32,000 bases of DNA from Acaryochloris marina MBIC11017 (GTDB lineage: Bacteria > Cyanobacteriota > Cyanobacteriia > Thermosynechococcales > Thermosynechococcaceae), in the NCBI RefSeq assembly GCF_000018105.1, contig NC_009925.1, positions 4,140,001-4,172,000 of the forward strand, read 5' to 3'. Under the pieces are notes generated by a model. The model searched no databases. It saw nothing but the letters and a program-made list of their open reading frames with translations, and was not told the DNA's origin. This document shows positions 24,310 through 32,000 of the stretch, one piece after another. The number at the start of each line of letters is the position of its first letter. Within the stretch, counting starts at the first letter, position 1. Made by a program: the position numbers and the translations under genes.

Positions 24310-26478
24310 CTACTGGGCCTGCTCTTGCATTAGCTGTTGGATTTGGGGGTTGTAGAGCCTGAGATAATTCCAATAGTTCTCAGAGACGGATTTGACATAG
24401 TTTTTCGTCTCTGGGAAGGGGATCTCTTCGACAAAGACATCGACATCCGTCACCGAAGTCTGTTTAACCCACCGATCTACATTACCAGGGCCAGCATTAT
24501 AGCTTGCGATCGCAAGCATGGAATTGTCGTTATAGTTGCGGTGGGTATAGTCCAGGTACCAGGTGCCGAGATTGATATTGTCGTCAATGCCGTCGATTTG
24601 ATAGTCTTTGAGACCTGCTTTTTCACTCACCCATTCAGCGGTTTCTGGCAGCACCTGCATCAGCCCTACGGCTCCCGCGACGGAGCGAATTTTGGGCTGA
24701 AACCGTGATTCCTGACGCATCAGGCTTAACACCAGAAACGGATTCAGATTGCGCTGGTTGGACCATTTGCGAATGGGGGTGAAGTAGGCCAAGGGAAATA
24801 GGGCCTGTTCAAACCCCGGATGGTCTTGCCACTGTTCGACTAGCTTTTCGGGATCGTTTTCCTCCCGTGCCCGCATTTCCAGATTGGCCAGCATATAAAT
24901 GCCGTCTAGGTATTCCTGAACCCCGAGGCGCAATAAGCCATCCGTGAGCTGTTCCGATAAGCTAGGCTGCTGGCGATTGCGAAACTCCCATTGCCAGCGT
25001 GCCCAGGCCGTTTTGCTTTGTCCGAGCTGGTATAGCTCTTTCAGAGCTGGGGATCCGGCGGCCAAAGGCAGTTGCGTACTGGGAAACCGAATTTGGGGTT
25101 GGAAGGAACGGATGGACGTAAAATCGCCAACGTTCCAGCCCGATAGTACAGCCGCTCGCCAGGCATAGTAGGAATCAGGATAGGTTTGCCAGAGGGTTTG
25201 AAAGGCTGCTTGCCGCTCTTCTGCCGTGGAGGCCCATTTCCCGGCCCAGAACACGGCAGTTGCGGCCTGGGGGCTATTGGGGTTTTGCTTTTGGATTTCC
25301 AGGGCCAACTTGCGGGCACCAGCCAGATTCCCTGCCTTTCGCTGCTGCTCTGCCTGCTGCCATCGCAGAGTCGCTGCATCGTTTGAATCGGAAAACTGTT
25401 GCAGCAACGTTTTCTCAAAGGTGGAAGATAGCTGTTTGGCCTTCTTTAACCGCTGAATTCGCTCCCCGAGGATTTGGGCAGCTAAGGTGGGCTGCTGGTC
25501 TTTACTTAGTTGAAAGGCGCGGTCATAGTGCTGGGCTGCTTTGCCCAAGTCTGGTTCTAGACTGGCGAGCTTGCTCAAGGCCAGGGGCGTTTCTTTGGCC
25601 TGAGGATAGGCCGCGATCATTTTTTGATAGGCAGCCCTCGCTTGTTTCTTTTCTCCCCCGAGCTGCAAGCCCCGTGCACCTCGATAAGCCGTTTGGGACG
25701 TCTGGGGGGCTTGGGCATAGGCCAGTGCCCCCTCCTTATACAGTTGTTTTTCCCAGTATCCAAAGGCGATAATTTGCCAATCAGCAGGTTTGAGCTGGCC
25801 TTTGAATTCCTTCGTCAGCTGGGTTAAGTAATCTCCATAATTGGTTAAAAATAAACCATGCTCTGCAATGAGCATCAGTAGCGGTAACTGCTTGGGCTTT
25901 TTCTTTAACTGCTCTACAGCAATCTTCACCGTCTTAGGATGGGCGGGGAAATCGGCGATAGCTTGCTGCCAGAGTTCAGGCTTTTGCTGGCCGAGTACAA
26001 ATAAAGCTTCTGCTGCAGCGGGTTCTTGGGGATAGTCGGCAATAATGCGCTGCCAGGTCTTGGTGGCTTGCTCTGTCTGCCCCGCTAGGGTTTGGGCCTC
26101 AGCCTGGAGAACGGCGATATGGCTCCCTAATAGAGGGTAACGCGCTTCCAGCCCCTCTAACCACTGCAGGGCTTCTGCCCCTTGGCCCAGGTTAATGAGG
26201 TCCGCAGTTAACACATACCGGGCCTGATTCTGTTCTTGGGCAGTGCCCTGCTGGGCCAGCTGTTTAAGAGGCTCTATCCGCTGTTGGGCAGGGAGAGGCC
26301 GTAATGCCACTAGGGCAGAATTGACGGTTGAAACCTGTAGCGATGGTAAGGGCTGATCCGTGGATTCCAGCTTCGGTTTCAGAAATAGCCAGGCTAACCC
26401 TAATACGAGGGCACTGCTGAGTCCCATGGAGATGATCCAGGGGGCTAAGCGCTTCAAAAAATTGGGAGAACTGCCCAT
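24310..26478 (-). CDS. Soluble lytic murein transglycosylase (Slt70-like: signal anchor, helical repeat U-domain, C-terminal SLT domain)
   Basis: SLT catalytic motif LMRQESRFQPKIRSVAGAVGLMQVLPETA and AIASYNAGPGNV. Long Ala/Gln/Leu-rich helical (TPR-like) N-terminal region and an N-terminal hydrophobic segment. Confidence 0.9.
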   Translation of the reverse strand: MGSSPNFLKRLAPWIISMGLSSALVLGLAWLFLKPKLESTDQPLPSLQVSTVNSALVALRPLPAQQRIEPLKQLAQQGTAQEQNQARYVLTADLINLGQGAEALQWLEGLEARYPLLGSHIAVLQAEAQTLAGQTEQATKTWQRIIADYPQEPAAAEALFVLGQQKPELWQQAIADFPAHPKTVKIAVEQLKKKPKQLPLLMLIAEHGLFLTNYGDYLTQLTKEFKGQLKPADWQIIAFGYWEKQLYKEGALAYAQAPQTSQTAYRGARGLQLGGEKKQARAAYQKMIAAYPQAKETPLALSKLASLEPDLGKAAQHYDRAFQLSKDQQPTLAAQILGERIQRLKKAKQLSSTFEKTLLQQFSDSNDAATLRWQQAEQQRKAGNLAGARKLALEIQKQNPNSPQAATAVFWAGKWASTAEERQAAFQTLWQTYPDSYYAWRAAVLSGWNVGDFTSIRSFQPQIRFPSTQLPLAAGSPALKELYQLGQSKTAWARWQWEFRNRQQPSLSEQLTDGLLRLGVQEYLDGIYMLANLEMRAREENDPEKLVEQWQDHPGFEQALFPLAYFTPIRKWSNQRNLNPFLVLSLMRQESRFQPKIRSVAGAVGLMQVLPETAEWVSEKAGLKDYQIDGIDDNINLGTWYLDYTHRNYNDNSMLAIASYNAGPGNVDRWVKQTSVTDVDVFVEEIPFPETKNYVKSVSENYWNYLRLYNPQIQQLMQEQAQ
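24502..24517. repeat. HIP1 (GCGATCGC) highly iterated palindrome, extended copy gcttGCGATCGCaagc
   Basis: Other exact GCGATCGC copies are at 5792-5799, 13021-13028, 21191-21198 and 27334-27341. This is a cyanobacterial genome hallmark. Confidence 0.85.
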
Positions 26479-26643
26479 GGGTTTGAAAAAGGTTAAAAAA
26501 TAGGAAAACTCATTGCATTCTAGAAAATAATTCGAGAACCCGTAATGGGTCCGTTGCGTTTAATGACTCATCCTTCAAGGGTGAGAGTTAACCGACTACT
26601 ATGGAAATGAATGCAGCTCTAGTTTAAGCTGAGGAGCCCCCTA

Positions 26644-27021
26644 GTGAATCTGAATCAATCTCAGCGTTTTTCTGCTGGCTTATCTGTGATTCGGTCTTGG
26701 TTGACCATTGCGATTGTTGTGGTCTTGTTCGGATCGATTGGCTTGGGCTGGGTGCTCAAATCGTTACTGGTCTTATTTGGTTTAATCCTGGTGACACCCG
26801 TGGTCCTGTTTGTGGGGCTGCGCTGGTGGTTGGGCCGCAACTTAATCCAGGGGACCTGTCCCTCCTGTGGCAACCCGCTAACGGGACTTAAAAACACCCA
26901 GACCACCTGCCCCTTTTGTGGCCAATCCGTTGTCGTCGAAAACGCTAACTTTCAACGTCCCACGGAGCCAGGCACCATTGATGTCCAGGCGGTAGATGTC
27001 ACCAGTCAAACCATTGAGTAG
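26644..27021 (+). CDS. Hypothetical membrane protein with C-terminal zinc-ribbon (CPSCG...CPFCG)
   Basis: SD gaggag lies about 7 nt upstream of GTG 26644. Two hydrophobic helices are followed by CxxC-N14-CxxC. Confidence 0.6.
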   Translation: MNLNQSQRFSAGLSVIRSWLTIAIVVVLFGSIGLGWVLKSLLVLFGLILVTPVVLFVGLRWWLGRNLIQGTCPSCGNPLTGLKNTQTTCPFCGQSVVVENANFQRPTEPGTIDVQAVDVTSQTIE

Positions 27022-27033
27022 CCCCAAGCGGAG

Positions 27034-27588
27034 CTAGGGGACGAAGCGTGGATCGCTACTTTGACAGATTACCGTGGTGGGATCGAGGTTAATCAGGGCT
27101 TCGTTAGAAAAGTCGATAGCCCAAGCCCTGCGGGTGGTTAACGCTTTTGAGTCTTCCCGAACAATGGCAAAAATGGCCTGTCGGTCCTGGTCCGTTTGCT
27201 GGCAGCCTTGACTCAGGGCAAGTTCATCCTGGTGCAGTTTTGACAGGGGTTTGATTTGGACAATTTTCCAGACGGCCTTTTGGTTTTTGGTGTAGCGGAC
27301 AAGTCGTTGCAAGAAAAAGTACGATCCTTCTTTGCGATCGCACACGACGCTGCCGTATTCATATAGCCCTTGCTTCCCCAATAGAGCATCGGCATAGCCG
27401 GGGCAAAATTCAGCCGGAAGTTCTGTATATTCTTTCCCTTGCCAGGCATGGGTACACGCCTGGGCTGGTGATAGTCCCAATGTCAATAGACTCAGGATTC
27501 CGATTTGGCAACATTGCCGCACTCTGGGCAATGGAGGTAACCCATGGGCGAACCATGGGTTTAGCCTAAACATCGATTGATGAATCAT
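27034..27588 (-). CDS. Hypothetical secreted or lipoprotein-like protein
   Basis: N-terminal hydrophobic segment IGILSLLTLGLSPAQAC. Six further Cys residues. No family recognised. The ORF opens at TTG 27603; the first ATG is at 27588. Confidence 0.5.
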   Translation of the reverse strand: MIHQSMFRLNPWFAHGLPPLPRVRQCCQIGILSLLTLGLSPAQACTHAWQGKEYTELPAEFCPGYADALLGKQGLYEYGSVVCDRKEGSYFFLQRLVRYTKNQKAVWKIVQIKPLSKLHQDELALSQGCQQTDQDRQAIFAIVREDSKALTTRRAWAIDFSNEALINLDPTTVICQSSDPRFVP

Positions 27589-27936
27589 GTCTTTTTTATG
27601 CAAATCACCCGTTTATGACCAACTGTTTAATTCAATGTTGAGATACCCTTGCAGTCAAAACATTACTGGTCATAGCTCCTGGAGTCAAAGTTCTTTGGCA
27701 CAAGAGATCGCTTTTTACCTAAATCAGGGAAAACTAGGTATAGGGATGATTTCAGAGTTTTAGCTTTATTCTGTCGGCGAAAAATTTCAATCATACCCAT
27801 CTGTTCCCTTAACTCAACGACGGCTTCAGATTGTCAAGGACTCGGTTGAATACCGGGAATGGACCTGTTTGCGCCATTTCATCAGCTTATTCGTCCTCTC
27901 TCTGCAAGAATTCCCCCCTAGGAGCAATTAGTGATC

Positions 27937-28848
27937 ATGCGGCGCCATCAAGACAAAATTAGAGTGGGTGAAGTCCTACTGCAAAAAGGGCTAATCAGTT
28001 CAGCCCAATTGCGTGATGCGTTAGCCACTCAACGAACCAGCCATCAAAGACTGGGCGAAATTCTGGTTCAGCAGGGAGTGGTTACTCCCAAGCAAGTCCG
28101 CCAAGCTCTAAATGAGCAACGTTGGCGCAATGTGATTGCCACCTGCGTGTTAACCGCTAGTACGCTGCTCCCTAGCTTGCCCAAAGTCATGGCTCAACTA
28201 CCAGAAGTGACCGATCAGCGTCGCCACAAGGAGCCGCTATTTTCCCATAATGATATTGGCGGTGGAGAACCCGCCACAGGTGGCTCTCGGTTTACCCCTT
28301 CATCCTCCGAAATTTACTATCCAGCCTTTGTGGATGCACCATTGGCTAAGCAAGCTTCCGTAGACTCCCCCCTCAAAGGATTTTGTCATCCCCTGAATGG
28401 TCAGGGTTGGTTGAGTCAGGGGATTCGGGGCAGAACCCACCGAGGCCGGATGGAATATGCCTATGATTTAGCCACCAGTATCGGCACCCCGGTCTATGCC
28501 ATGCGGGCGGGGAAGGTGATTGCCGTTCAGGATAAATACCCCGATACCGGGGGCGGCAAGGAAAATATTTCTCGCTTCAATTATGTTTGGATTGAGCATG
28601 ATGAAGGGTATCGCTCGGTCTATGTGCATCTGCAGCAAGGCTTCCGCAGCAAAGTCTCCATCAAGTCAGGGGACCGTGTGAAGGCAGGACAGCTGATTGG
28701 CTATAGCGGTAATTCCGGCTGGAGTACGGGACCGCACCTCCATGTCGAAGTGCAGAAGCCCCATAAGAAACGTAAGTTTACAAAAACAGTCCCCTTTAAG
28801 ATTGCAGGGGCTTGTAATACTAGCCCCCTCGCTCGAACGGCCCAATAG
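27937..28848 (+). CDS. M23-family metallopeptidase with N-terminal MshEN (T2SSE_N-type, c-di-GMP-binding) domain and one TM segment
   Basis: N-terminus: RVGEVLLQKGLISSAQLRDALATQ-RTSHQ-RLGEILVQQGVVTPKQVRQALNEQ. TM segment WRNVIATCVLTASTLLPSLP. M23 motifs H..D, IGTPVYAMRAGKV and GNSGWSTGPHLHVEV. Confidence 0.85.
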   Translation: MRRHQDKIRVGEVLLQKGLISSAQLRDALATQRTSHQRLGEILVQQGVVTPKQVRQALNEQRWRNVIATCVLTASTLLPSLPKVMAQLPEVTDQRRHKEPLFSHNDIGGGEPATGGSRFTPSSSEIYYPAFVDAPLAKQASVDSPLKGFCHPLNGQGWLSQGIRGRTHRGRMEYAYDLATSIGTPVYAMRAGKVIAVQDKYPDTGGGKENISRFNYVWIEHDEGYRSVYVHLQQGFRSKVSIKSGDRVKAGQLIGYSGNSGWSTGPHLHVEVQKPHKKRKFTKTVPFKIAGACNTSPLARTAQ

Positions 28849-28948
28849 ATGGATTGATAGGGAAATTCTCCCCAGTCGGGTCAGATGTGTTTATTATTAA
28901 CTCTGAATTGGCTGGGAATGACGCATCCTCCTCTCTGTCACTGTCCTT

Positions 28949-30475
28949 ATGAACCCCTTTAGTCTTTGGCAACGGTACCAACTGGCCCAACGCCCTGAGC
29001 TGTGGTTGGGAGCTATTGCGGTGGGTTTAGCGCTTCTCAACTTGAGCTTGGCGTGGATACACACCCGGAATGCCGATTTGGTCGCCATTATGGGTCTCTG
29101 TTGGGCCATTGTTTCCTATTCGGTTTGGACGCGACGCCAGGGTTTGCCCTTGCGCAGCGAACCCTATTCAACGGCTGCTGGATGTCTACTGATTGCTTGG
29201 GCTTGGTATAAAAGTTGGGTGATGCCTGACTACGATCCTTTTGTGCGGATTCAGCCTTTTCTCTTTTGCTTGGGGTTGGGGCTATTGGCCTCCAGTGCCA
29301 AGCGCTTGGGCACCTATCGCAGAGAGCTGGGGGTTTTGTTGGTCTTAGCCCTACCCGAAGGGATTTTGGCCCAATGGACCGATCAAATCATCAACATTAG
29401 TGAAGTGGCAGCCCAATCCACAACGGCAATGCTCTGGTACGTAGGGGTGGAGGTGAAGCGCCAGGGGGTGTTTGTGCTCCTGCCTGGAGGCGGCATTGAG
29501 GTCTATCGAGGCTGCTCGGGGCTTAAGGCGATGCTGGAACTCCTGAGACTATCCCTTATCTTTCTGGTGATGGTGCCCACTCGCGGGTGGGAGAAGCTGG
29601 TGGTGCCTTGTGTGGGCGTGGGCTTAGCCTATGGGGTGAATGTGATTCGCTTAAGCGTGATGACCCTGTTGGCCGCATCCGACTATCAAGAGGCTTTTCA
29701 CTATTGGCATGAAGGGGAAGGATCCAATATCTTTCCCGTGTTAGCCATGCTGATCTTTGCCGGCTTTTGTGTTTTCCTTTTACAGCGCAAGGATACGGCT
29801 CAAGCAAACCGTTCCCCTCTCCCGCCAGCGACACTGCCTCGATGGCGATTGCTGACCGTTGCATCCATGCTAGCGGGCACGTTAGCGATCCAAGCCGGAA
29901 TTCTGTGGAAAGCACTGACTCTGGATCGCCAACCCTTTCTATTTCCCCAACAGGTGCCCCTGAGGCAGGCAACCCTAAATCGCAGTCAGTCCCGTCCAGG
30001 GCAAAAGGGCAATGCCTACTCCGAAATCTTGGCTCAGCACCAATATCAATATCAATTTCAAGGCCAAACGCTTCAAGTTGATATGAGCTATGTAACCGGT
30101 ACCACGGGAGATTTACTCCGCTTTCTTGAGAGTTATCCCATTGCGGATCAAGTCCTCAAGCCACTGCCTAAACAACAGGTACGTCAGCAAGGCGCCCACT
30201 ACTATGCCGTCTATACCTATGGAGATCGAGCGTACTTGAGTGCCTGTTTGGATCCAGGAGGATTCGCCACGGTTGAAGAAGGGCATTTTATCCACAATTG
30301 GAATAGCCATTGGTATCTGCTAGGCCGAGACTATATTGACGATCGCTGTCTTTGGACGCATCTGTCGATGCCCTTGAATCAGCAGCCCCCTCAGCAAGTT
30401 TTCTCTATTTTGGAATCAAATTGGTTATCCTGGCATGAATGGTGGCGAAATCGCATGCCTAACCTGAGTCTTTAG
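28949..30475 (+). CDS. Cyanoexosortase A-like transpeptidase fused to an approx 220-aa C-terminal (system-associated / EpsI-like) domain
   Basis: Polytopic N-terminal half with exosortase catalytic pattern: YRGCSGLK (Cys189, nt 29513-29515), NVIRLS (Arg) and HEGEGSNIFP (His). After approx residue 285 come one more TM segment (WRLLTVASMLAGTLAIQAGILW) and a soluble domain. Confidence 0.75.
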   Translation: MNPFSLWQRYQLAQRPELWLGAIAVGLALLNLSLAWIHTRNADLVAIMGLCWAIVSYSVWTRRQGLPLRSEPYSTAAGCLLIAWAWYKSWVMPDYDPFVRIQPFLFCLGLGLLASSAKRLGTYRRELGVLLVLALPEGILAQWTDQIINISEVAAQSTTAMLWYVGVEVKRQGVFVLLPGGGIEVYRGCSGLKAMLELLRLSLIFLVMVPTRGWEKLVVPCVGVGLAYGVNVIRLSVMTLLAASDYQEAFHYWHEGEGSNIFPVLAMLIFAGFCVFLLQRKDTAQANRSPLPPATLPRWRLLTVASMLAGTLAIQAGILWKALTLDRQPFLFPQQVPLRQATLNRSQSRPGQKGNAYSEILAQHQYQYQFQGQTLQVDMSYVTGTTGDLLRFLESYPIADQVLKPLPKQQVRQQGAHYYAVYTYGDRAYLSACLDPGGFATVEEGHFIHNWNSHWYLLGRDYIDDRCLWTHLSMPLNQQPPQQVFSILESNWLSWHEWWRNRMPNLSL

Positions 30476-30523
30476 CAAGTGAGGTGGCTTATCTGTCCTG
30501 TACTGTACGAGAACTGATTATCC

Positions 30524-31234
30524 ATGGCAAAACAACAACCTGCTGCATCGACGTCTGCACCGCCCAGTAAGAATCAGTGGCTGTCTACCTTTGTATTGCG
30601 GATCGCGGGCTATGGTCTGCTGCTATTGACCTTAGTGGATACCTTGGCTCTTCTGATTCCGCCCCAGCTGCAAGATCCAGCCTGGGAATTAGAAACCATT
30701 GGTAGCTTGGTTGAGCGGTCTCCCGTGCCGCTGATTGGGTTTGCCCTGGTTATCTCTGGGGGGCGTCGATTCCGCCAGTCCCTGGATCGGTTCTGCTTTC
30801 AGGTGATACCTGGTTTAGCCATCATTATTGGCGTGATTTACTGTCTGATGATTCCTTTAGGAATTTCCGATAGCCTCCGCTTAGGGAGACAGAACCAGAC
30901 CACGAGCGCAGCCTTGGTGAAACAAGCGGCAGACATTAAAAATCTGGAGCAGCGATTGAGTGAGGCCCCGGCGGCGGAAGTGGCGGAATGGGCACAAAAA
31001 TTTCAGCCGCAGTTGACGGAAGGGCGGGATCAAGAAACGATTAAAGCGGGTGTCTTAGGGCAACTCAAATCGAATTTGGCTAGCTTGCAAAGCCAGATCA
31101 ATCGAGCGTCTGGGCAACCGGCTCAACTCCGCAAACAGACGATTAAATGGTTAGTTGGCGCTTTGATTGCGGGGCTGTCTTTTCTTTATATTGGCAATAC
31201 GGCTCGTAAATTTCCCAATGTGAGAACGAGGTAA
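30524..31234 (+). CDS. HpsJ-like membrane protein (hormogonium-polysaccharide-locus family, recalled from memory)
   Basis: LRIAGYGLLLLTLVDTLALLIPPQLQDPAWELETIGSLVERSPVPLIGFALV resembles the HpsJ-family N-terminus. Central coiled region and a C-terminal TM segment. Confidence 0.5.
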   Translation: MAKQQPAASTSAPPSKNQWLSTFVLRIAGYGLLLLTLVDTLALLIPPQLQDPAWELETIGSLVERSPVPLIGFALVISGGRRFRQSLDRFCFQVIPGLAIIIGVIYCLMIPLGISDSLRLGRQNQTTSAALVKQAADIKNLEQRLSEAPAAEVAEWAQKFQPQLTEGRDQETIKAGVLGQLKSNLASLQSQINRASGQPAQLRKQTIKWLVGALIAGLSFLYIGNTARKFPNVRTR

Positions 31235-31236
31235 GG

Positions 31237-32000
31237 GTGTTAACCCCCACGGATCAATCCTGTTTACACCAACGAAGACACCAGCTAGGACAGCAGTTTG
31301 AGGGCCAAGCACTGCTCTGGTCTGGCGTTGCCCCTTCCCGAAACTTTGCTGCCAATCAGTTTCCCTTTCGTGCCAGCAGTCATTTTTTGTACTTGGCTGG
31401 ATTGCCCCTACAAAATGCGGTGATTGGCCTAGAGGCGGGTCAGCTGACCTTATTTTGGGATGAGCCCCACCCCGACACCGCCCTATGGCATGGTCCGAGT
31501 TTAAGTCGAGCCGAAATCGCGGATCAGATCGGGGCTGAGACTCACTTACCTCTCTCTGCGGTCTCCAGCTGGGCAAGCCATGCAGCCACCTTGCCTGTCC
31601 CCTCATCAGCGACCCATCAACAGCAAATCGAGTGGCTAGGACGCCCTGTTCCGCCGATTCAAGGGAGTCAGGATCAGGAGAGCAACCGAGATCATCATCT
31701 AGCGAATGCCCTCATTCAATTGCGGCTACAGCAGGATGAGTTTGCTCTGGCTCAGCTACGGCAGGCGGCCGAAATTACGGTGGCAGCTCATTTGCGTGGG
31801 ATGAGGTCAACCCTTAATCACACCTCTGAAGCAGCGATTCGAGCCGAAATTGAATCCGTGATGATGGCCCACCAATGCCCGACGGCCTATGCCAGCATTG
31901 TCACAGTTCACGGCGAAGTCCTTCATAACGATGCTTATCCCCATGCCTTGGCACCGGGCGATTTGCTGTTAGTGGATGCTGGGGCAGAAACGCCCTTGGG
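31237..32000 (+). CDS. pepP: Xaa-Pro aminopeptidase (M24B, aminopeptidase P family), 3' end cut by the window edge
   Basis: I translated frame 1 manually; it is open from GTG 31237 to the window end. NQFPFRASSHFLYLAG fits the AMP_N domain, and LAQLRQAAEITVAAH...YASIVTVHGEVLHN...GDLLLVDAGAE fits the start of the M24 pita-bread fold. Confidence 0.75.
   Translation, partial: MLTPTDQSCLHQRRHQLGQQFEGQALLWSGVAPSRNFAANQFPFRASSHFLYLAGLPLQNAVIGLEAGQLTLFWDEPHPDTALWHGPSLSRAEIADQIGAETHLPLSAVSSWASHAATLPVPSSATHQQQIEWLGRPVPPIQGSQDQESNRDHHLANALIQLRLQQDEFALAQLRQAAEITVAAHLRGMRSTLNHTSEAAIRAEIESVMMAHQCPTAYASIVTVHGEVLHNDAYPHALAPGDLLLVDAGAETPL

Noticed and set aside
24337-26035. Many antisense or alternative-frame ORFs within the Slt70-like gene, for example 25260-25772 (+) and 25041-25418 (-).
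   Set aside because: The minus-strand 722-aa frame carries the SLT catalytic motifs and spans the whole region. The others are Ala/Gly/Pro/Arg-rich, as is typical of GC-rich out-of-frame translation.
31151-31606. A 151-aa minus-strand ORF overlapping the end of the HpsJ-like gene.
   Set aside because: The plus-strand frame 1 is open from 31237 to the window end and translates into recognisable aminopeptidase P motifs. The minus-strand product is Arg/Pro/Gly-rich nonsense.

Overview
The window looks like a cyanobacterial chromosomal segment. It has five HIP1 GCGATCGC palindromes and cyanoexosortase A, HpsJ-like and Uma2 genes. It also has a NACHT gene whose N- and C-terminal modules look cyanobacterial. 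All family names come from reading motifs by eye; no database search was possible.

Most genes are ordinary housekeeping genes: KH-domain protein, phoH, a SAM methyltransferase, a TerB-like protein, rnhB, trmD, argB, an SDR, a GH104 lysozyme-like protein, ylxR, tex, ppk1, an Slt70-like transglycosylase and an aminopeptidase P fragment.

The main anomaly lies at about 5995-12618. A roughly 3 kb cassette of four small genes (A-B-C-D) occurs twice in tandem, offset 3536 bp. All four genes encode signal-peptide proteins of no family I recognise. Each copy follows an AT-rich leader with a near-consensus promoter.
- Conservation is mosaic. By my manual alignment the 441-bp noncoding leader is 98.6% identical between copies, less diverged than synonymous sites in the neighbouring genes.
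- Gene A is only about 88% identical, with 18 amino-acid replacements confined to its mature core.
- The B-C and C-D spacers are barely alignable.
- A, C and D share a C-terminal aromatic motif (HTV..FSF in A and C).

I consider this cassette the best candidate for an undescribed secreted or extracellular system.

Other notable loci:
- A NACHT/STAND NTPase carries a 279-bp hexanucleotide-encoded [A/D/N/Y/T][L/R] dipeptide array and sits next to a Uma2 nuclease.
- An M23 peptidase has an N-terminal domain matching the tandem 24-residue c-di-GMP-binding MshEN motif exactly. It sits next to a cyanoexosortase A fused to an extra C-terminal domain and an HpsJ-like gene.
- PPK1 has an IF2_N-like N-terminal extension.
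- A perfect CRP-type palindrome lies in an AT-rich gap.

I saw no rRNA, tRNA, CRISPR array or transposase.
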